From a virus (taxonomy: Duplodnaviria > Caudoviricetes), in the IMG/VR virus record IMGVR_UViG_2718218211_000001, positions 14,153 to 78,152 of that record: DNA of 64,000 bases, one strand, 5' to 3'. Under the pieces are notes generated by a model. It was not told where the DNA came from. It ran no database searches and worked only from the letters and a program-made list of their open reading frames with translations. Of the stretch, positions 38,870 through 49,227 are shown in pieces (within the stretch, counting starts at the first letter, position 1; every line of letters begins with the position of its first letter). Position numbers and translations under genes: made by a program.

Positions 38870-39547
38870 ATGAAAATTAATAATGTAGCGTTAACAATAT
38901 CTCTTGCTGTAATCCTAACTGGTTGCGTGCCACATGCTTCTAACCGAAATATCACTGCTATTGAAGTGGTGAAGCCTGCTATTGGGCAAAGTGCTACCGC
39001 CTACATGGGCGATCCCATTATCACATCTGCTACTGGATTTAAAACGGACGTACTAGAACTTGGTGCGGCTAATGGTGCATTGTCTTCTATCGCTGCTGGT
39101 ACATATTGCAGTGAGGGGAATGGAATTTACCGCAATTATCATAACCCTCAAGCTGTTGCGTTAAAAAATCTCTATGGGCAAATCGGTAACTATGTTGATT
39201 ATGTTAGTTACGATGCTGCAAAAAATGAGATATCACCGCCAAATGGCACTTCTTATACTGCATCAGAAATTTCTATCAAACGTGTTCCTGATGGACTGTG
39301 TCGAGTGAGTAACTCATTGGTTAAGACTATCGAATACAATGGAAATGCAGGCGGTGTAATGAAGTTCACCTATCGTGAATTTGCAAACGATATGGCTCGT
39401 GCAGCATTTACAACAGATTTTTCTGTAGATTCTAAGGGAAGTGATGTTATCGCTTACAAAGGTGCCAAGTTCAAAGTGAACAAGGCTGATAACTCGTCTA
39501 TTTCTTATACAATTATTTCTGGCTTTGACAAGGCTGTCACGTTCTAG
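38870..39547 (+). CDS. Lipoprotein moron (225 aa)
   Basis: Lipobox LTGC; AT-rich; between SOS operon and cos. Confidence 0.8.
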   Translation: MKINNVALTISLAVILTGCVPHASNRNITAIEVVKPAIGQSATAYMGDPIITSATGFKTDVLELGAANGALSSIAAGTYCSEGNGIYRNYHNPQAVALKNLYGQIGNYVDYVSYDAAKNEISPPNGTSYTASEISIKRVPDGLCRVSNSLVKTIEYNGNAGGVMKFTYREFANDMARAAFTTDFSVDSKGSDVIAYKGAKFKVNKADNSSISYTIISGFDKAVTF

Positions 39548-39720
39548 GTTTCACGCTTACGGACTATGTTACGATTTTGCACATTCTGCATAAACGCGCA
39601 TGTCTATGCTGCATGAGATCGCATGATCGTTTGAGGATCTTTTGTGTTAAGGCCCGCCAGTTCTGGCGGGCTTTTGCGTAGATCATGCAGGTGCATGAAA
39701 ACCACTACATAAAGCGGGCA

Positions 39721-39739
39721 GGCGTGGCGGGGATACGAG
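39721..39739 (+). other. P2-type cos (19-nt cohesive end)
   Basis: AAAGCGGGCA-GGCGTGGCGGGGATACGAG-CGCGC resembles P2/186 cos; terminator about 39649-39675. Confidence 0.85.
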
Positions 39740-39869
39740 CGCGCAGCTAGCCGTATGCTGGAAATTGTGCTGGAAATCATAATTTTGATTTTGTTATGTC
39801 GTTTATGTTGTCAATAGCATAACTTCTTATTTACTATGGGGTTAAATAATTTAAGAGAAGAAATGTATT

Positions 39870-40451
39870 ATGACTGGGGAAGTAAAAGTTTTTTGCTGCG
39901 GTACTTATCATCCATATCGATACAGAGGAGAGCGTAACCCAAAAGCAGGTGATCGGCTATCACGTGCGATGATGGATTTGAAGGATCATAATAATCAAAA
40001 CCACAAAAAAGCTATTCAAACATTTTCAAGTTTAATTATTGATGAATTAGAACATTATATTATTGGAAAGAAAGAGAATAAAAAGGACTTCACTTCTGTA
40101 CCGTTTGAAGTATGTGTTGTCCCATCGCATGAAGAGGGTAAAGTGTCTTCTGCGTTACAAACTATAGCCCAGAAGATATGTGGACATTATGAAAATGGTA
40201 AGGTTAGTCAGTCGCTACAGAGAAAAACCACTGTTCCGAGCGCACACAAAGATAACGGAGATCGCTCAGTGGCTAATCATATGGCAACGATCTCGGTAGT
40301 CTCAGATGTAAAGAATAAAGTGATTTTGCTGATTGATGATGTGACAACAACTGGCGGAAGTATGATAGCGTGCGTAAATCTGTTAAAATCAAAAGGCGCG
40401 AGAACAGTTTTGCCATTAGCATTGTTGGAAACAGCGAATTATGAGGAGTAA
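39870..40451 (+). CDS. Type I phosphoribosyltransferase (ComF/ShosT-like)
   Basis: ILLIDDVTTTGGS PRPP-binding loop; VVPSH. Confidence 0.9.
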   Translation: MTGEVKVFCCGTYHPYRYRGERNPKAGDRLSRAMMDLKDHNNQNHKKAIQTFSSLIIDELEHYIIGKKENKKDFTSVPFEVCVVPSHEEGKVSSALQTIAQKICGHYENGKVSQSLQRKTTVPSAHKDNGDRSVANHMATISVVSDVKNKVILLIDDVTTTGGSMIACVNLLKSKGARTVLPLALLETANYEE

Positions 40452-41418
40452 TAGCGTGCGCCCTTCAGATCTGAAGAAATATTTAGGCCTTACTATTCAA
40501 ACAGAGAGGCTAACATCAGAGCAAGGGTTGTTAAAACTCATTAATAGTTTACGCTTTGACTCTTTAAGAGATATTCATGATTTGGTTGAGTCAGTCAATC
40601 TAACATCAATTTTAAAAAATAAATTAACAGTTGAAAGTTTAATAAATGCTGAAAGGTATTATGATATTCACCGACAATATAAAATAGAAATTATCCCATT
40701 TGGTGATGAACGTTACCCACTTTCTTTAGCAATGACACCAAACCCACCTGCTATGCTTTATATTAGAGGTGATGTCAATATTCTTCATGAAATGCCAGGC
40801 GTAGCTATCGTCGGATCTCGGCAGGTATCGCGTGCTGGAGAGGAGATTACAAAGAGAGTCACTTCTAGAATATGTGAGAGTGGGTTAGTGATAGTTAGTG
40901 GTCTTGCTATCGGGACTGATACAAATGCTCATCAGGCATCTCTTGATGCACATGCTAAAACGATCGCTGTTTTAGCTCATGGACTCGAATTAGCCAAACC
41001 TAAACAAAATGCCAAACTGGCTAGAGACATTTTAGAGAATGGTGGGGCATGGATGTCTGAATATCCAGTAGGTCGACCAGCATTTAAACAATCTTTTGTT
41101 CAACGAAATAGAATCCAAGTTGGATTATCGGCAACGTCCATTCTTATTGAGGCAGCGAAGGATAGCGGCACTATGACTCAAGCAGATTTTGCGATAAAAG
41201 CAGGTAGACCTATTTTTGCTGTTGTACCTCATAAAATAAACAATCCCTTAGGATTAAATTGCGAAGGAAATATTCAACTGGTTAATAATAATCTTGCCAG
41301 TCCTTTAAGGACTAGTGAAGATTACGATGACTTAATGGCAGTTATTGCAGACTCAATTAATCGCATTGCTGAATATTCAAAAATATATTTAAATAATATA
41401 AATACTTCTTTACTTTAA
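40441..41418 (+). CDS. DprA/Smf family protein (ShosA-like)
   Basis: YP..L...P.PP.MLY.RG, AIVGSR, VSGLAIGTD..AH, RNRIQ.GLS, SGTM. Confidence 0.95.
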   Translation: MRSNSVRPSDLKKYLGLTIQTERLTSEQGLLKLINSLRFDSLRDIHDLVESVNLTSILKNKLTVESLINAERYYDIHRQYKIEIIPFGDERYPLSLAMTPNPPAMLYIRGDVNILHEMPGVAIVGSRQVSRAGEEITKRVTSRICESGLVIVSGLAIGTDTNAHQASLDAHAKTIAVLAHGLELAKPKQNAKLARDILENGGAWMSEYPVGRPAFKQSFVQRNRIQVGLSATSILIEAAKDSGTMTQADFAIKAGRPIFAVVPHKINNPLGLNCEGNIQLVNNNLASPLRTSEDYDDLMAVIADSINRIAEYSKIYLNNINTSLL

Positions 41419-41444
41419 AAGAGGCAGGTAATCTGCCTCAATAA

Positions 41445-42473
41445 TTATAGCTCATAACTATCAAAACTAATTATCTGTTGTCCGAACCATTCATTTAGCT
41501 CCTGTAGCCGCTTCTGCAGCGGCATCAGCTCGTTGCGGACAAAAACGCGACTAGCCTTCTCCACATCCCCAAACCCCCCAACATTGCTCGGCATAATCCC
41601 CATCATCTGAGGCGGCACGCGGTGCGCCGCCATCATGTCATCACGGCTTACGTTCTTGATATTCAGAAACTCATCCTTTGCCGCCACCTCTGACAGTGGG
41701 ATGATCTGAATTCCATCCTTTTTGCCGTTGGGTGAGTACATAAACAGGTTGCGGAAGTTACCCGGACCTTTGGCGCTTTTCATGGCCTGGCGGATGTTGT
41801 TCACGTCCTCCTGGTTCTGCGCGGCGTCAGTCATATACATGATGAAGCCTGCGTGGCTGCCGTTAATGTAGTACTTCCGGCGGAACAGTGTTGCGGACTC
41901 ATTCAGCAGGGCGGAAGGGATGGCTGACAGATATTCCGGCAGGCCGTAAATCTCCTGGTTTAAATCCGGCTCCATCAGGTGAAAGATGCTGCCTTTGGTA
42001 AACTCGTAGGGCTGCGTGGTCATGCCGTATTGCACAAACCAGTAGGTATCCAGATCCACGCCGCGGCGGGTGTATTTCGCCAGTGATGGCTCCAGCGACA
42101 GAATGCCGCCGAGTCGGTTGGTGCGCTTCTCCAGATAGGCATTACCGAATACCAGATAGTCCTGCACAAACCGGCTGAACGCCTGCTGGCTAAGAAGTGG
42201 ATGCGGGATAAAGGTGCTGGTCAGAATGTTGCGTTTTACCGCAATGGGAGAGCTGTGATGCACTGCGGCACGGTAGGTTCGCGCCAGCCCGTCAAAGCTT
42301 ACTGGCGGCTCATACCAGCGGTCCATCTGCACGCATTCCACATAGTCCAGCAGTTCGCGGCGGTCCAGAACAGGAACGGGATCACCGAAGCTGAATGCTT
42401 CGGCTGAAGTCTGGCTTTTATGCTGGATCTGTTTCGTCGACGCAGCGCGGTTCTTCTTACTCTTTCCCATCAA
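41445..42473 (-). CDS. Portal protein Q
   Basis: FSFGDPVPVLD, YGLPEYL, AHRVPPQMMG. Confidence 0.95.
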   Translation of the reverse strand: MMGKSKKNRAASTKQIQHKSQTSAEAFSFGDPVPVLDRRELLDYVECVQMDRWYEPPVSFDGLARTYRAAVHHSSPIAVKRNILTSTFIPHPLLSQQAFSRFVQDYLVFGNAYLEKRTNRLGGILSLEPSLAKYTRRGVDLDTYWFVQYGMTTQPYEFTKGSIFHLMEPDLNQEIYGLPEYLSAIPSALLNESATLFRRKYYINGSHAGFIMYMTDAAQNQEDVNNIRQAMKSAKGPGNFRNLFMYSPNGKKDGIQIIPLSEVAAKDEFLNIKNVSRDDMMAAHRVPPQMMGIMPSNVGGFGDVEKASRVFVRNELMPLQKRLQELNEWFGQQIISFDSYEL

Positions 42474-44236
42474 AAAATCTCCACAATATTGCTGGTATTG
42501 GCGGACTCGCCCTGCAGCGGTTCGTTAAACAGTGCGTGCATTGTTGCCCAGGCCAAATCTGCGTGGCTGGCCTCTTCGCTGCGGCTGGCTTCATAGGTTG
42601 GACGGTTGCCGCTGGCGGTGGTGGCGCGGCGGATAGCCATAAAGGACTGCGCAATGTCGGTGTGCCCGGCGTCAAACTCCAGACGGCGGTGGCTGATAAT
42701 GTCGTACGCCTTGAGCACTAGGGCGTTTTTAACGTTGGGGTTGTAGACAAACTCCCGCACGGCAGGAAAGAACGCTTTTACGTTCTCATAAACACCGTGC
42801 CCGACGCCGGTCGAGTCGATGCCGATATAGGTCACGTTGTACTGCTGCGTCAGTTTTTTGATAGCATCAGCCTGGGCGCGAAAGTCCATCCCGCGCCACT
42901 GATGACGCTCCAGAATTCGGAACTTCCCGCCCGGTACAGTTGGCGGTGCCATAACCACGCAGCCTGCGCTGTCACCGTTCTGCGTACCTTTTGCCGGGTC
43001 ATAACCGATCCACACTTCGCGCCAGCCAAACGGGCGCAGGGCCAGTGCATGAAAGTCGGTCCAGACTTCCCAGCTGTCCACCATGCACGCCTGCAGCTCG
43101 CTGAGCGGAAACACGGACGCGAGATCGTCCACAAACTCGCACATCAGCAGGTTCTGGTATTCGTCCGGGCTGTACTCCATGCGCAACTGGTCAAGGTCGA
43201 ACAGGTTACAGCCGCCGCGCACCGCATCTTCCACGGTGACTATCTGGCGGTATTGCCCGTCTGCGCACAGCAGGCCGGGGGCCAGATTGCTGTGGGACAG
43301 GTCGATGTCCACCTTGTCGGCTTTGCTGCGCCCACGGTTGAACAGCGCACCGGACCAGAACGGATAAGCACTGTGTGTCAGGCTGGATGGCGTGGAAAAA
43401 TAGGTTTGTCGCCATTTTTTGTGAATAGCCATACCGGAAGCCACTTTGCGCAGCTCCTGGAATTTCGGTATCCAGAAATATTCATCCAGATACAGGTTGC
43501 CGTGGTAACTCTGGGCTGTGCGGGCATTGGTGCCGAGGAAGTAAAGTGTGGCCCCGTTAGGAAGCACCATCGGATCGCCTTTCAGCTCCACCTCGACTTC
43601 TTTGGCGAAGTCGATGATGTACTGCTTAAAGACGTAAGCCTGTGCCTTACTGGCGGAAAGGAAAATCTGGTTACGTCCGGTAAGCAGGGCGTCAATCAGG
43701 GCTTCACGGGCAAAGTAAAAGGTAGCGCCTATCTGGCGTGACTTCAGCAGGTTGCGGATGCGGTTGATTTTTCCGGCTTCCCACCAGTGGCGCTGGTAGT
43801 TGAACATGGAGGAATGGAAAATTTCTTCCAGCTTCTCAATCTGTTCATCGGTGAAAACATTCTTTTCAGGCTGACGGCGTGGGCCTTTGTTGCGGTTGGC
43901 GACGTTAGGGTTTAAGTCGGCTTCGTTGCCGCCATTGTTAAACTTGCCGATCCGCGCATGGCGCTCAGACTGGCGCGCCAGCAGGTCAATCTCTTTGAAA
44001 TCTTTCCCTTCTTTGTGCTCCTTCATGATGAGCTGGCAGTAGCGTGCGGCGGTGGTGAGCTGCATCTGATCCAGCGGCCCATAGTCACCCCACTTGTCGC
44101 GTTTTTTCCAGCTGTGAACGGTTGCAACTTTCTCGCCCAGCATTTCAGCAATGCGGGCTACGCGGTATCCCTGAAAGTACAGCAGCATGGCCTGCCGACG
44201 GGGATCGAGATCTGCGGGTGTCAGTGTGGTGTTCAT
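42470..44236 (-). CDS. Terminase ATPase subunit P
   Basis: LKSRQIGAT, YLDEYFW, HADLAWA. Confidence 0.95.
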   Translation of the reverse strand: MNTTLTPADLDPRRQAMLLYFQGYRVARIAEMLGEKVATVHSWKKRDKWGDYGPLDQMQLTTAARYCQLIMKEHKEGKDFKEIDLLARQSERHARIGKFNNGGNEADLNPNVANRNKGPRRQPEKNVFTDEQIEKLEEIFHSSMFNYQRHWWEAGKINRIRNLLKSRQIGATFYFAREALIDALLTGRNQIFLSASKAQAYVFKQYIIDFAKEVEVELKGDPMVLPNGATLYFLGTNARTAQSYHGNLYLDEYFWIPKFQELRKVASGMAIHKKWRQTYFSTPSSLTHSAYPFWSGALFNRGRSKADKVDIDLSHSNLAPGLLCADGQYRQIVTVEDAVRGGCNLFDLDQLRMEYSPDEYQNLLMCEFVDDLASVFPLSELQACMVDSWEVWTDFHALALRPFGWREVWIGYDPAKGTQNGDSAGCVVMAPPTVPGGKFRILERHQWRGMDFRAQADAIKKLTQQYNVTYIGIDSTGVGHGVYENVKAFFPAVREFVYNPNVKNALVLKAYDIISHRRLEFDAGHTDIAQSFMAIRRATTASGNRPTYEASRSEEASHADLAWATMHALFNEPLQGESANTSNIVEIF

Positions 44237-44378
44237 GGCACAAACCTACAGCCTTGAATGAAGGCTTTCCCCGCCTGCGGTTTGTGTGGTTGTCGGTACA
44301 AATACCGCGCATTGTTTCACTGCCCCTATCACCGCAACCATAAGGCTCCAGTAAGTTTTTTCTAACGGAGCACGGCTC

Positions 44379-45212
44379 ATGACAGTGAAAGCAAAGCGTT
44401 TTCGCATCGGGGTGGAAGGTGCCACCACCGACGGACGCGAAATCCAGCGTGAATGGCTGGAACAGATGGCAGCCAGCTATAACCCGGCGGTGTATACCGC
44501 GCTGATTAACCTTGAGCACATCAAGTCTTATCTGCCGGACAGCACCTTTAACCGCTACGGCAAGGTGACGGCGCTGTTTGCTGAAGAAATCACGGAAGGT
44601 CCGCTGGCAGGCAAGATGGCTCTGTATGCTGACGTTGAGCCAACGGAGCCCCTGGTGGAACTGGTGAAAAAAGGCCAGAAATTATTCACCTCTATGGAAG
44701 TCAGCCCGAAGTTCGCTGATACGGGCAAAGCCTACCTGGTCGGCCTGGCTGCCACTGATGACCCTGCCAGTCTGGGCACTGAAATGCTGACATTCAGCGC
44801 CAGTGCAGCCCATAACCCGCTGGCAAACCGCAAGCAGAATCCCGCCAATCTCTTTACCGCCGCAGAGGAAACGGTGATCGAACTGGAAGAAGTCCAGGAC
44901 GACAAACCGTCCCTGTTTGCCCGCGTCACGGCGCTGTTTACCAAAAAAGAGCAGTCCGATGACGCCCGGTTCTCTGATGTGCATAAGGCCGTGGAGCTGG
45001 TCGCCACTGAGCAGCAGAACCTGAGCGCACGCACCGAAAAATCCCTGTCTGAGCAGGAAGAACGCCTGTCTGAGCTGGAGACTGCCCTGCAGGCACAGCA
45101 AACCGCCTTTAACGAACTGGTGGACAAGCTGAGTCATGAAGACAGCCGCCAGGACTACCGCCAGCGTGCAACAGGCGGTAACGCCCCCGCTGACACTCTG
45201 ACCAATTGCTGA
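44379..45212 (+). CDS. Capsid scaffolding protein O
   Basis: FRIGVEGATTDGR, GLAATDDPASLGTE. Confidence 0.95.
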   Translation: MTVKAKRFRIGVEGATTDGREIQREWLEQMAASYNPAVYTALINLEHIKSYLPDSTFNRYGKVTALFAEEITEGPLAGKMALYADVEPTEPLVELVKKGQKLFTSMEVSPKFADTGKAYLVGLAATDDPASLGTEMLTFSASAAHNPLANRKQNPANLFTAAEETVIELEEVQDDKPSLFARVTALFTKKEQSDDARFSDVHKAVELVATEQQNLSARTEKSLSEQEERLSELETALQAQQTAFNELVDKLSHEDSRQDYRQRATGGNAPADTLTNC

Positions 45213-45228
45213 TGGAGCACAAAACCCG

Positions 45229-46293
45229 ATGAAGAAGAATACCCGCTTTGCTTTTAACGCTTACCTGCAGCAGCTGGCGCGTCTGAACGGTGTGGCAGTT
45301 GAAGAACTGTCCAGCAAATTCACTGTGGAGCCGTCTGTGCAGCAGACGCTGGAAGACCAGATCCAGCAGTCCGCCGCTTTCCTGACGCTGATTAACGTCA
45401 CGCCAGTGACTGAGCAGTCCGGTCAGCTGCTGGGGCTGGGTGTTGGCAGCACCATTGCCGGAACCACCGATACCACCACCAAAGAGCGCGAGCCTACCGA
45501 TCCGACGCTGATGGAAGACGTGGAATATAAATGCGAACAGACCAACTTTGATACGGTGCTGACCTACGCAAAACTGGATCTGTGGGCCAAGTTCCAGGAC
45601 TTCCAGGTGCGTATCCGCAACGCCATCGTCAAGCGTCAGGCGCTGGACCGCATCATGATCGGCTTTAACGGCGTGAAGCGCGCCAAAACCTCAAATCGTG
45701 CTGAAAACCCGCTGCTGCAGGACGTCAATAAAGGCTGGTTACAGAAAATCCGCGAAGACGCGCCGGATCATGTTATGGGCAGTAAAACCGCAGAAGACGG
45801 CACCACTACTGCGGAGCCGGTAAAAGTAGGTCCGGGTGGTAAATATGTAAACCTTGACGCTATGGTGATGGATGCCGTCAACGAGCTGATCGATGTGGAG
45901 TATCAGGATGATGATGAGCTGGTTGTTGTCTGTGGTCGTGAACTGCTGTCTGACAAGTATTTCCCGCTGGTCAACAAAGAGCAGGACAACAGCGAAAAAA
46001 TTGCCGCCGATCTGATCATCAGCCAGAAACGTATGGGCGGCCTGCAGGCCGTGCGTGCGCCTTATTTCCCGGCAAATGCCCTGCTGATCACCCGTCTGGA
46101 TAACCTGTCCATCTACTGGCAGGAAGATACCCGCCGCCGTTCTGTTATCGACAACCCGAAACGTGACCGGATTGAAAACTTTGAGTCCGTCAACGAGGCG
46201 TATGTGGTCGAGGACTACCGCTGCGCGGCGCTGGTTGAAAACATCGAAATCGGTGATTTCAGCGCGCCTGCGGCACCGGAAGGTGGGGAATAA
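45229..46293 (+). CDS. Major capsid protein N
   Basis: ALDRIMIGFNG, NPLLQDVNKGWLQ. Confidence 0.95.
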   Translation: MKKNTRFAFNAYLQQLARLNGVAVEELSSKFTVEPSVQQTLEDQIQQSAAFLTLINVTPVTEQSGQLLGLGVGSTIAGTTDTTTKEREPTDPTLMEDVEYKCEQTNFDTVLTYAKLDLWAKFQDFQVRIRNAIVKRQALDRIMIGFNGVKRAKTSNRAENPLLQDVNKGWLQKIREDAPDHVMGSKTAEDGTTTAEPVKVGPGGKYVNLDAMVMDAVNELIDVEYQDDDELVVVCGRELLSDKYFPLVNKEQDNSEKIAADLIISQKRMGGLQAVRAPYFPANALLITRLDNLSIYWQEDTRRRSVIDNPKRDRIENFESVNEAYVVEDYRCAALVENIEIGDFSAPAAPEGGE

Positions 46294-46296
46294 CGT

Positions 46297-46950
46297 ATGA
46301 GCCTGAGTCCCGCACGGCAGCACCGCCTGCGCATTCAGGCCGAACAGGCCGCCCGTGAGGGCGGCAGTGTTCGCCGCCATGCGTCTGGCTATGACCTGAT
46401 GCTGCTGCAACTGGCAGAAGATCGCCGTCGCCTTAAAGGCATCCAGTCCACGGTGAAAAAGGCGGAAATCAAGGTGGAGCTGCTGCCGAAATATTCTGCC
46501 TGGGCGGAGGGTGTGCTGGCTGCCGGAGGTACACAACAGGATGACGTGCTGATGTACGTGATGCTGTGGCGTATCGACGCCGGTGATTATGCCGGTGCGC
46601 TGGAAATCGGGCGTCATGCGCTGCGCCATGGCTGGGTGATGCCGCTGGGCAACCGTAACGTGCAGACCGTGCTGGCAGAAGAAATGGCAGACGCGGCGCA
46701 AAGCGCTCTGCTGGCCGCTGCCGGTTTTGATGCCGATCTGCTTCTGCAGACGCTGGACCTGACAACTGATCTGGATATGCCGGACCAGTCGCGGGCGCGA
46801 CTGCATAAAGCCATCGGCGCTGTACTGAGCGAAAGCAACCCGGCGTCTGCCCTGAATCACCTTACCCATGCGCTGCAGCTTGATCCCCGCTGCGGTGTGA
46901 AAAAAGAAAAGCAGCAGCTGGAGCGCAGACTGCGCAATGACAGCCGCTAA
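46297..46950 (+). CDS. Terminase endonuclease subunit M
   Basis: SPARQH..., DMPDQSRARLHKAIG. Confidence 0.9.
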   Translation: MSLSPARQHRLRIQAEQAAREGGSVRRHASGYDLMLLQLAEDRRRLKGIQSTVKKAEIKVELLPKYSAWAEGVLAAGGTQQDDVLMYVMLWRIDAGDYAGALEIGRHALRHGWVMPLGNRNVQTVLAEEMADAAQSALLAAAGFDADLLLQTLDLTTDLDMPDQSRARLHKAIGAVLSESNPASALNHLTHALQLDPRCGVKKEKQQLERRLRNDSR

Positions 46951-47043
46951 AGAACGTGCCCCGCGCACGGGCGGCACGGGATGGCGAAAGGCACTGCCAC
47001 ATCAAAATTCCGTCCACCGCCCACTTATTCAGGAGAAAGCCGC

Positions 47044-47508
47044 ATGAAGTTTGTTGCGCCCGAACAGGTGCCGGAACAGGCGGAGGTCATCAAAAATACG
47101 CCGTTCTGGCCTGATGTGGACCTGTCGGAATTTCGCAGTGTGATGCGAACTGACGGCACGGTGACGCAGCCACGTTTAAAGCAGGTTGTGCTGACGGCTA
47201 TTTCTGAGGTTAACGCTGAGCTGTACGACTTCCGCAACCGCCAGCAGTTTCTGGGCTACCGGGCACTGGCTGAGGTTCCGGCGGATATGCTGGACGGCAA
47301 AAGCGAGCGTATCCAGCACTACCACAACGCCGTTTTTTGCTGGGCGCGTGCTGTGCTCAATGAGCGTTATCAGGACTATGACGCCACGGCGTCAGGCGTG
47401 AAGCGAGGGGAGGAGCTGGCGGAGGCCTGCGGCGATCTGTGGCGTGATGCCCGCTGGGCTATCAGCCGGGTGCAGGATGCGCCGCACTGTACGGTGGAGC
47501 TTATCTGA
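47044..47508 (+). CDS. Head completion protein L
   Basis: IKNTPFWPD...TVELI. Confidence 0.9.
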   Translation: MKFVAPEQVPEQAEVIKNTPFWPDVDLSEFRSVMRTDGTVTQPRLKQVVLTAISEVNAELYDFRNRQQFLGYRALAEVPADMLDGKSERIQHYHNAVFCWARAVLNERYQDYDATASGVKRGEELAEACGDLWRDARWAISRVQDAPHCTVELI

Positions 47509-47711
47509 TGAAAGTGCGTGCGCATCAGTATGACACGGTGGACGCGCTTTGCTGGCGTCATTACGGGCGCACGCAGGGTGTCACTGAGCAGGTTCTGCAG
47601 GCAAATCCGGGGCTGGCTGAGTACGGCCCATTTTTACCGCACGGGCTGCAGGTGGAGCTGCCGGACATTACGGCGTCAACCACGGCGCAGACCGTCCAGC
47701 TATGGGACTGA
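47508..47711 (+). CDS. Tail protein X
   Basis: DTVDALCWRHYG...VQLWD. Confidence 0.9.
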   Translation: MKVRAHQYDTVDALCWRHYGRTQGVTEQVLQANPGLAEYGPFLPHGLQVELPDITASTTAQTVQLWD

Positions 47712-47714
47712 ATT

Positions 47715-47930
47715 ATGACGCTTGAACGAATCAGCGCCTTTATCACTTACTGCATCGCCGTGCTGCTGGCATGGCTGGGCGATCTGTCGCTCAAGGACGC
47801 GTCAACGGTTGGCGGCGTACTGATTGGTGTGCTGATGCTGGCTATCAACTGGTACTACAAACACCAGTCTTTCAAATTGTTACGTGGCGGCAAAATTTCG
47901 CGGGGGGAATATGAATCCTTCAATCGTTAA
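47715..47930 (+). CDS. Holin
   Basis: Two TM, INWYYK, precedes lysozyme. Confidence 0.8.
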   Translation: MTLERISAFITYCIAVLLAWLGDLSLKDASTVGGVLIGVLMLAINWYYKHQSFKLLRGGKISRGEYESFNR

Positions 47931-48420
47931 GCGCTGCATTGTTGGGGCGGTGCTGGCTATCGCCGCCACGCTGCCCGGTTTCCAGTCGCTTCATACCTCC
48001 GTTGAGGGGCTGAAACTGATTGCCGATTACGAGGGATGCCGCCTGCAGCCTTATCAGTGCAGCGCAGGTGTCTGGACTGACGGGATCGGTAATACGTCCG
48101 GTGTGGTGCCGGGAAAAACCATAACGGAGCGGCAGGCGGCGCAGGGACTTATCACCAACGTGCTGCGCGTGGAGCGGGCGCTGGAAAAATGTGTGGTGCA
48201 GCCGGTGCCGCAAAAGGTCTATGACGCGGTGGTGTCGTTTGCTTTCAACGTGGGCACCGGCAACGCCTGCAGCTCCACGCTGGTTAAGTTGCTGAACCAG
48301 CGGCGCTGGGCGGATGCCTGCCATCAACTGCCGCGCTGGGTATATGTCAAAGGTGTGTTTAATCAGGGGCTGGACAACCGCCGCGCGCGGGAAATGGCCT
48401 GGTGCTTAAAAGGAGCATAA
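47911..48420 (+). CDS. Endolysin, GH24 lysozyme (SAR-like N-terminus)
   Basis: EGCRLQPYQCSAGVWTDGIGNT, FAFNVG, GLDNRR. Confidence 0.9.
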   Translation: MNPSIVKRCIVGAVLAIAATLPGFQSLHTSVEGLKLIADYEGCRLQPYQCSAGVWTDGIGNTSGVVPGKTITERQAAQGLITNVLRVERALEKCVVQPVPQKVYDAVVSFAFNVGTGNACSSTLVKLLNQRRWADACHQLPRWVYVKGVFNQGLDNRRAREMAWCLKGA

Positions 48421-48424
48421 CGGA

Positions 48425-48802
48425 ATGAAAAAGAAAGTCATGAGCGTTTTTTTCCAGCTGGCATGGGCTGCGCTGTTGGTTATCAGCCTGCTGTATCCGC
48501 GCAGCGGTGCGCCGGTTCTGGTTGGTACGTCTGTCTGGGTGTCATGCTTCCTCGCCTGGCTGCTTGCTGCGCTGTGCGCTGTCGGGTGGTTCGCCGGAGA
48601 TCGGGTGCGCGATGAGGTCAGGGCGGCATTGCTGAAATTCAGGGCGCACCCCGTAAAACCCGTGCGTACATGGGGAATCAGGCTGCTTATTGTTCTGTGC
48701 CTAGCGTTTTCTGGATGGGTGATCACCCTGGTGTTTTACCTGCTGACGTTGGTTTTGTATCAGATTGCCCGCGCGCAGCTTCATGAGCCGATGGCGGCCT
48801 GA
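48425..48802 (+). CDS. Membrane lysis accessory protein (LysA position)
   Basis: Highly hydrophobic, between endolysin and lysB. Confidence 0.6.
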   Translation: MKKKVMSVFFQLAWAALLVISLLYPRSGAPVLVGTSVWVSCFLAWLLAALCAVGWFAGDRVRDEVRAALLKFRAHPVKPVRTWGIRLLIVLCLAFSGWVITLVFYLLTLVLYQIARAQLHEPMAA

Positions 48803-49227
48803 TGCGTGCGCTGGCGGTAGTGCTGGCGCTGGTACTTGCGGCGCTGAGCTGGCAGTCATGGCGGCTTAACAATGCCAGCCACACCATCGAAACGCAGGGC
48901 GCGGCGCTGAAAAGCAAAACGCAGGAGCTGACGAAGAAAAACAGCCAGCTGATCGGCCTGTCCATTCTGACCGAAACCAACAGCCGGGAGCAGGCTCGGC
49001 TTTATGCGGCAGCGGAACAGACCACCGCACTTCTGCGCAGCCGCCAGCACCGGATCGAGGAACTGAAACGTGAAAATGAGGATTTGCGCCGCTGGGCTGA
49101 TACTCCTTTGCCTGCTGACATTATCCGGCTGCGGGAGCGTCCGGCCCTCGCCGGAGGTACAGCTTACCGTGAGTGGCTGTCCCAGAGTGACGCAGTGCCG
49201 TCTGGAAAGGTCAGCGCCGCGCAGTAA
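48802..49227 (+). CDS. lysB: i-spanin LysB
   Basis: N-terminal TM, coiled coil, WADTPLP. Confidence 0.85.
   Translation: MRALAVVLALVLAALSWQSWRLNNASHTIETQGAALKSKTQELTKKNSQLIGLSILTETNSREQARLYAAAEQTTALLRSRQHRIEELKRENEDLRRWADTPLPADIIRLRERPALAGGTAYREWLSQSDAVPSGKVSAAQ

Noticed and set aside
39585-39700. Cluster of GCATG/GATC repeats
   Set aside because: Typical sequence adjoining P2-type cos; not a CRISPR or iteron array
45739-46977. Long antisense ORFs (412 aa here; also 42797-43741 and 13099-13959)
   Set aside because: Shadows of GC-rich conserved phage genes, with no recognisable motifs
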